Assembly (NCBI RefSeq): GCF_009914755.1
Contig: NC_060935.1
Reading direction: 5' to 3' (one strand)
Length of the DNA: 64,000 nucleotides
From: the human T2T-CHM13v2.0 reference genome, Homo sapiens
This document shows positions 61,005 to 64,000 of this stretch, one piece after another. Both the position numbers and the translations under genes were made by a program. The notes beneath the pieces are model-generated. The model saw only the letters and a list, made by a program, of their open reading frames with translations. It did no database searches and was not told the DNA's origin. Position 1 is the first letter of the stretch; each line of letters starts with the position of its first letter.

Positions 61005-64000
61005 CTGAGACAGAGTCACTCTGTCACCCAGGCTGGAGTGCAGTGGCACAATCTTGGCTCACTGCAACCTCCACCTCCTGGGTCCAAGTGATTTCCTGCC
61101 TCAGCCTTCTAAGTAGCTGGAATTACAGGTGCACACCACCACGGCCAGCTAATTTTTGTATTTTTAGTAAAGATGGGGTTTTGCCATGTTAGCCAGGCTG
61201 GTCTCAGACTCCTGACCGTAAGTGATCTGCCTGCCTTGGCCCCCCACAGTGCTGGGATTACAAGTGTTAGCCACCATGCCAGGTCTTATATATCTTATCA
61301 AATAATCAGTTTTATTTCATTTATCTTTTTTTTTTTGGTTTCAATTTCATTTAGTTCTGCTCTTATGTTTGTATTCCTTTTCTTCTGCTGGGTTTGGGTT
61401 TGGATTGTTCTTGTTTCTCCAGTCCCCTGAGGTATGACCTTAGATTGTCTACTTGTGCTTTTTCAGACTTTTTGATGTAGGCATTTAATGCTGTAAGCTT
61501 TCCTCTTAGCACTGCTTTTGTTGTATTTCAGAGGTTTTGATAGGGTGTGCCACTATTATCATCCAATTCAAAGAATTTTTTAATATCCATCTTGATTTCA
61601 TTGTTGACCCAGTGATTATTCAGGAGCAGGTTATTTAGTTTATATGTACTTGCCTGGTTTTGAGGGTTCCTTTGGGAGTAGATTTCCAATTTTTTTCCCA
61701 CTGTGGTCTGAGAGAGTACTTGATATAATTTCAATTTTCTTAAATTTACTGAGACTTGTTTTGTGGCCTGTCATATGGTCTATCTTGGAAAATGTGCTGA
61801 TGAATAGAATGTATATTCTGCAGTTGTTTCAGAATGTTCTGTAAATATCTGTTAAGTCCATTTGTTGTAGGGTGTAGTTTAAGTCCATTGTTTCTTTGTT
61901 GACTTTCTGTCTTGATGACATGTCTAGTACTGTCAGTGGAGTATTAAAGTCTCCCAATATAATTGTGTTGCCATCTACTTTATTTCTTAGGCCTAGTAGT
62001 AATTGTTTTATAAATTTGGGAGCTCCAGTGTTAGGTGCTTATATATTTAGGATTGTGATATTTTCCTGTTGGACTATTCCTTTTATCATTATATAACATT
62101 CCTTTTTGTCTTTTTAAACCGTTGTTGCTTTAAAGTCTGTTTTGTCTGATCTAAAAATAGCTACTCCTGCTCCCTTTTGGTGTACATTTGCTTGGAATCT
62201 TTTTTCACCCCATTTACCTCAGGTTTATGTGAGTTCTTATGTGTTAGGTGAGTCTTAAGTAGACAGTAGAAACGTGGTTGGTGACTTCTTATCCATTCGT
62301 CTATTCTGTGTCTTTTAAGTGAAGCATTTAGGCCATTTTACATTAAATGTTAGTATGAAGATGAGGTACTAGTCTATTCATCATGTGATTTTTTTTTGCC
62401 TGAATATCTTTGTTTTTTTGTTGTGTTATTTTTATATAGGTCCTATGAGATTTATGTGTTAAGCAGGTTCTATTTTGATTTATTTCAAGGATTTGTGTCA
62501 AGATTTCATCTCCTTTTAGCAGTTCTTGTAGTGCTGGCTTGGCAGTAGTAAATTATCTCAGCATTTGTTTGTGTGGAAAAGACTATCTTTCCTTCATTTC
62601 TGAAGCTTGGTTTCACAGATACAAAATTCTTGGCTGATTTTGTTTAAGGAGGCTAAAGATAGGACATCAATCCCTTCTAGCTTGTAAGGTTTCTGCTGAG
62701 AAATCTGCTGTTACGCTGATAGATTTTTTTTATAGGTTACCTGATGCTTTTGACTCACAGATCTTAAGATTTTTTCCTTCATCTTGAATTTAGATAACCT
62801 TATAACTATGTACCTAGGCAATGATCCTTTTGCAATGAATTTCCCACATGTTCTTTGAGCTTCTTGTGTTTGGATGTCTAGATCTCTAGGAAAGCTGGGG
62901 AATTTTTCTCAATGATTCCCCCAAATATCTTTTTCAAACTTTTAGATTTCTCTTCTTCCTTGGCAAAGCCAATTATTCTTAGGTTTGGATGCTTATTATA
63001 GTCCCAAACTTCTTGGTGGCTTTGTTCATTTTTAAAAAAATTATTTTTCCATTGTCTTTGATAGATTGGGTTAATTTGAAAGCCTTGTCTTTGAGCTCTG
63101 AAGTGCTTTCTTCTGCTTCTTTGATTCTATTGTTGAGACTTTCCAGTGTGCATTTCCCTAAGTGTGTCCTTGATTTCCAGAAGTTGTGATTTTTTAATTT
63201 ATGCTATCCATTTCATTAAATAATTTTCCTTTCATATCCTTTATCATGTTTTGGATTTCTTTAAGTTTAACTTCCCATTTCTCTGTTGCCTCCTTGATTA
63301 GCTTAATAATAAACTTCTGAATTTTTTTTCTGGCAATTCAGAGATTCATCTGGGTTTGGATCCACTGTTGGTGAGCTGGTGTGATCTTTTGGGGGTGTTA
63401 AAGAACCTGGTTTTGTCATATCACCAGAATTGTTTTTCTGGTTCCTTCTCATTTGGGTAGACTATGTCAGAGGGAAGATCTGGGGCTCAAGAGCTGCTGT
63501 TCAGATTCTTTTGTCCCACAATGTGCTCCTTTGTTGTGGTGTTCTCCCCATTTCCCTATGGATGGGCCTTATTGAGAGCCAAACCGCAGTTATTGTTTTT
63601 GCTTTTTTGGGTCTAGTCACCCAGTGGAGCTGCCATGCTCCCAGACTTGTACTGGGGAGTATCAACAAAAAGTCCTTTAATGTGGTCTGTCTTCAAGTCT
63701 TTCAGCTGTGGATACCAGCACCTTGCTCCAGTGGAGGTAGCAGGGGAGTGAGGTGGATTTTGTGAAGGTCCTTGGTTGTATTTTTGTTTGGTGCACTGGT
63801 TTGGTGTTGGTTGGCCTCCAGCCAGGAGGTGGTGCTTTCAAGAACACATTAGGTGTGGTACTATAGAGAGGATACAAACTTGTCCTAGGGTCACCTGGTT
63901 AAGTTTTCACGTTTCTCAGGTGGTGGGAAGGGCCATAGAACTCCCAGGAGATTATGTTCTTTGTCTTTGGCAATCAGGGTGGGTAGAGCAAGGCCACCAG
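60396..64000 (-). mobile_element. L1PB-type element (ORF2 5' part, ORF1, 5'UTR), antisense, continuing past the window end; contains an Alu at ~60990-61283
   Basis: The minus-strand peptide [37 protein letters not shown] is from ORF2. ORF1 and 5'UTR motifs follow toward 64000. Confidence 0.85.

Overview
This is primate, almost certainly human, genomic DNA from the OR4C olfactory-receptor cluster, recognised from the proteins as the OR4C3 / OR4C4P (OR4C45-like) / OR4C5 region of chr11p11.2. It holds three OR loci. OR4C3 (+) is intact. An OR4C45-like pseudogene (-) is split in TM3 by a full-length ~6.2 kb L1PA4/5-type element with a perfect 16-bp TSD and also carries a 2-nt frameshift. OR4C5 (-) has an open frame but has lost its canonical start codon and about 8 codons of intracellular loop 3. 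The rest is mostly transposon-derived: L1 fragments, Alus, a ~7 kb env-less ERV1 provirus with MER66-like LTRs, a MaLR provirus and solo LTRs (MER11, LOR1 and others). I see no convincing evidence of a wholly new biological system. The most interesting observations are: (1) the L1 ORF0 antisense frame runs off the L1 5' end in frame into the OR TM3-TM7 half and is now blocked by two TGA stops at CGA positions; (2) a candidate L1 3' transduction; (3) the annotated OR4C5 start appears to be intronic; (4) a Lhx2/Ebf composite motif cluster upstream of OR4C3. Gene symbols and repeat subfamily names come from recalled sequences, not database searches.
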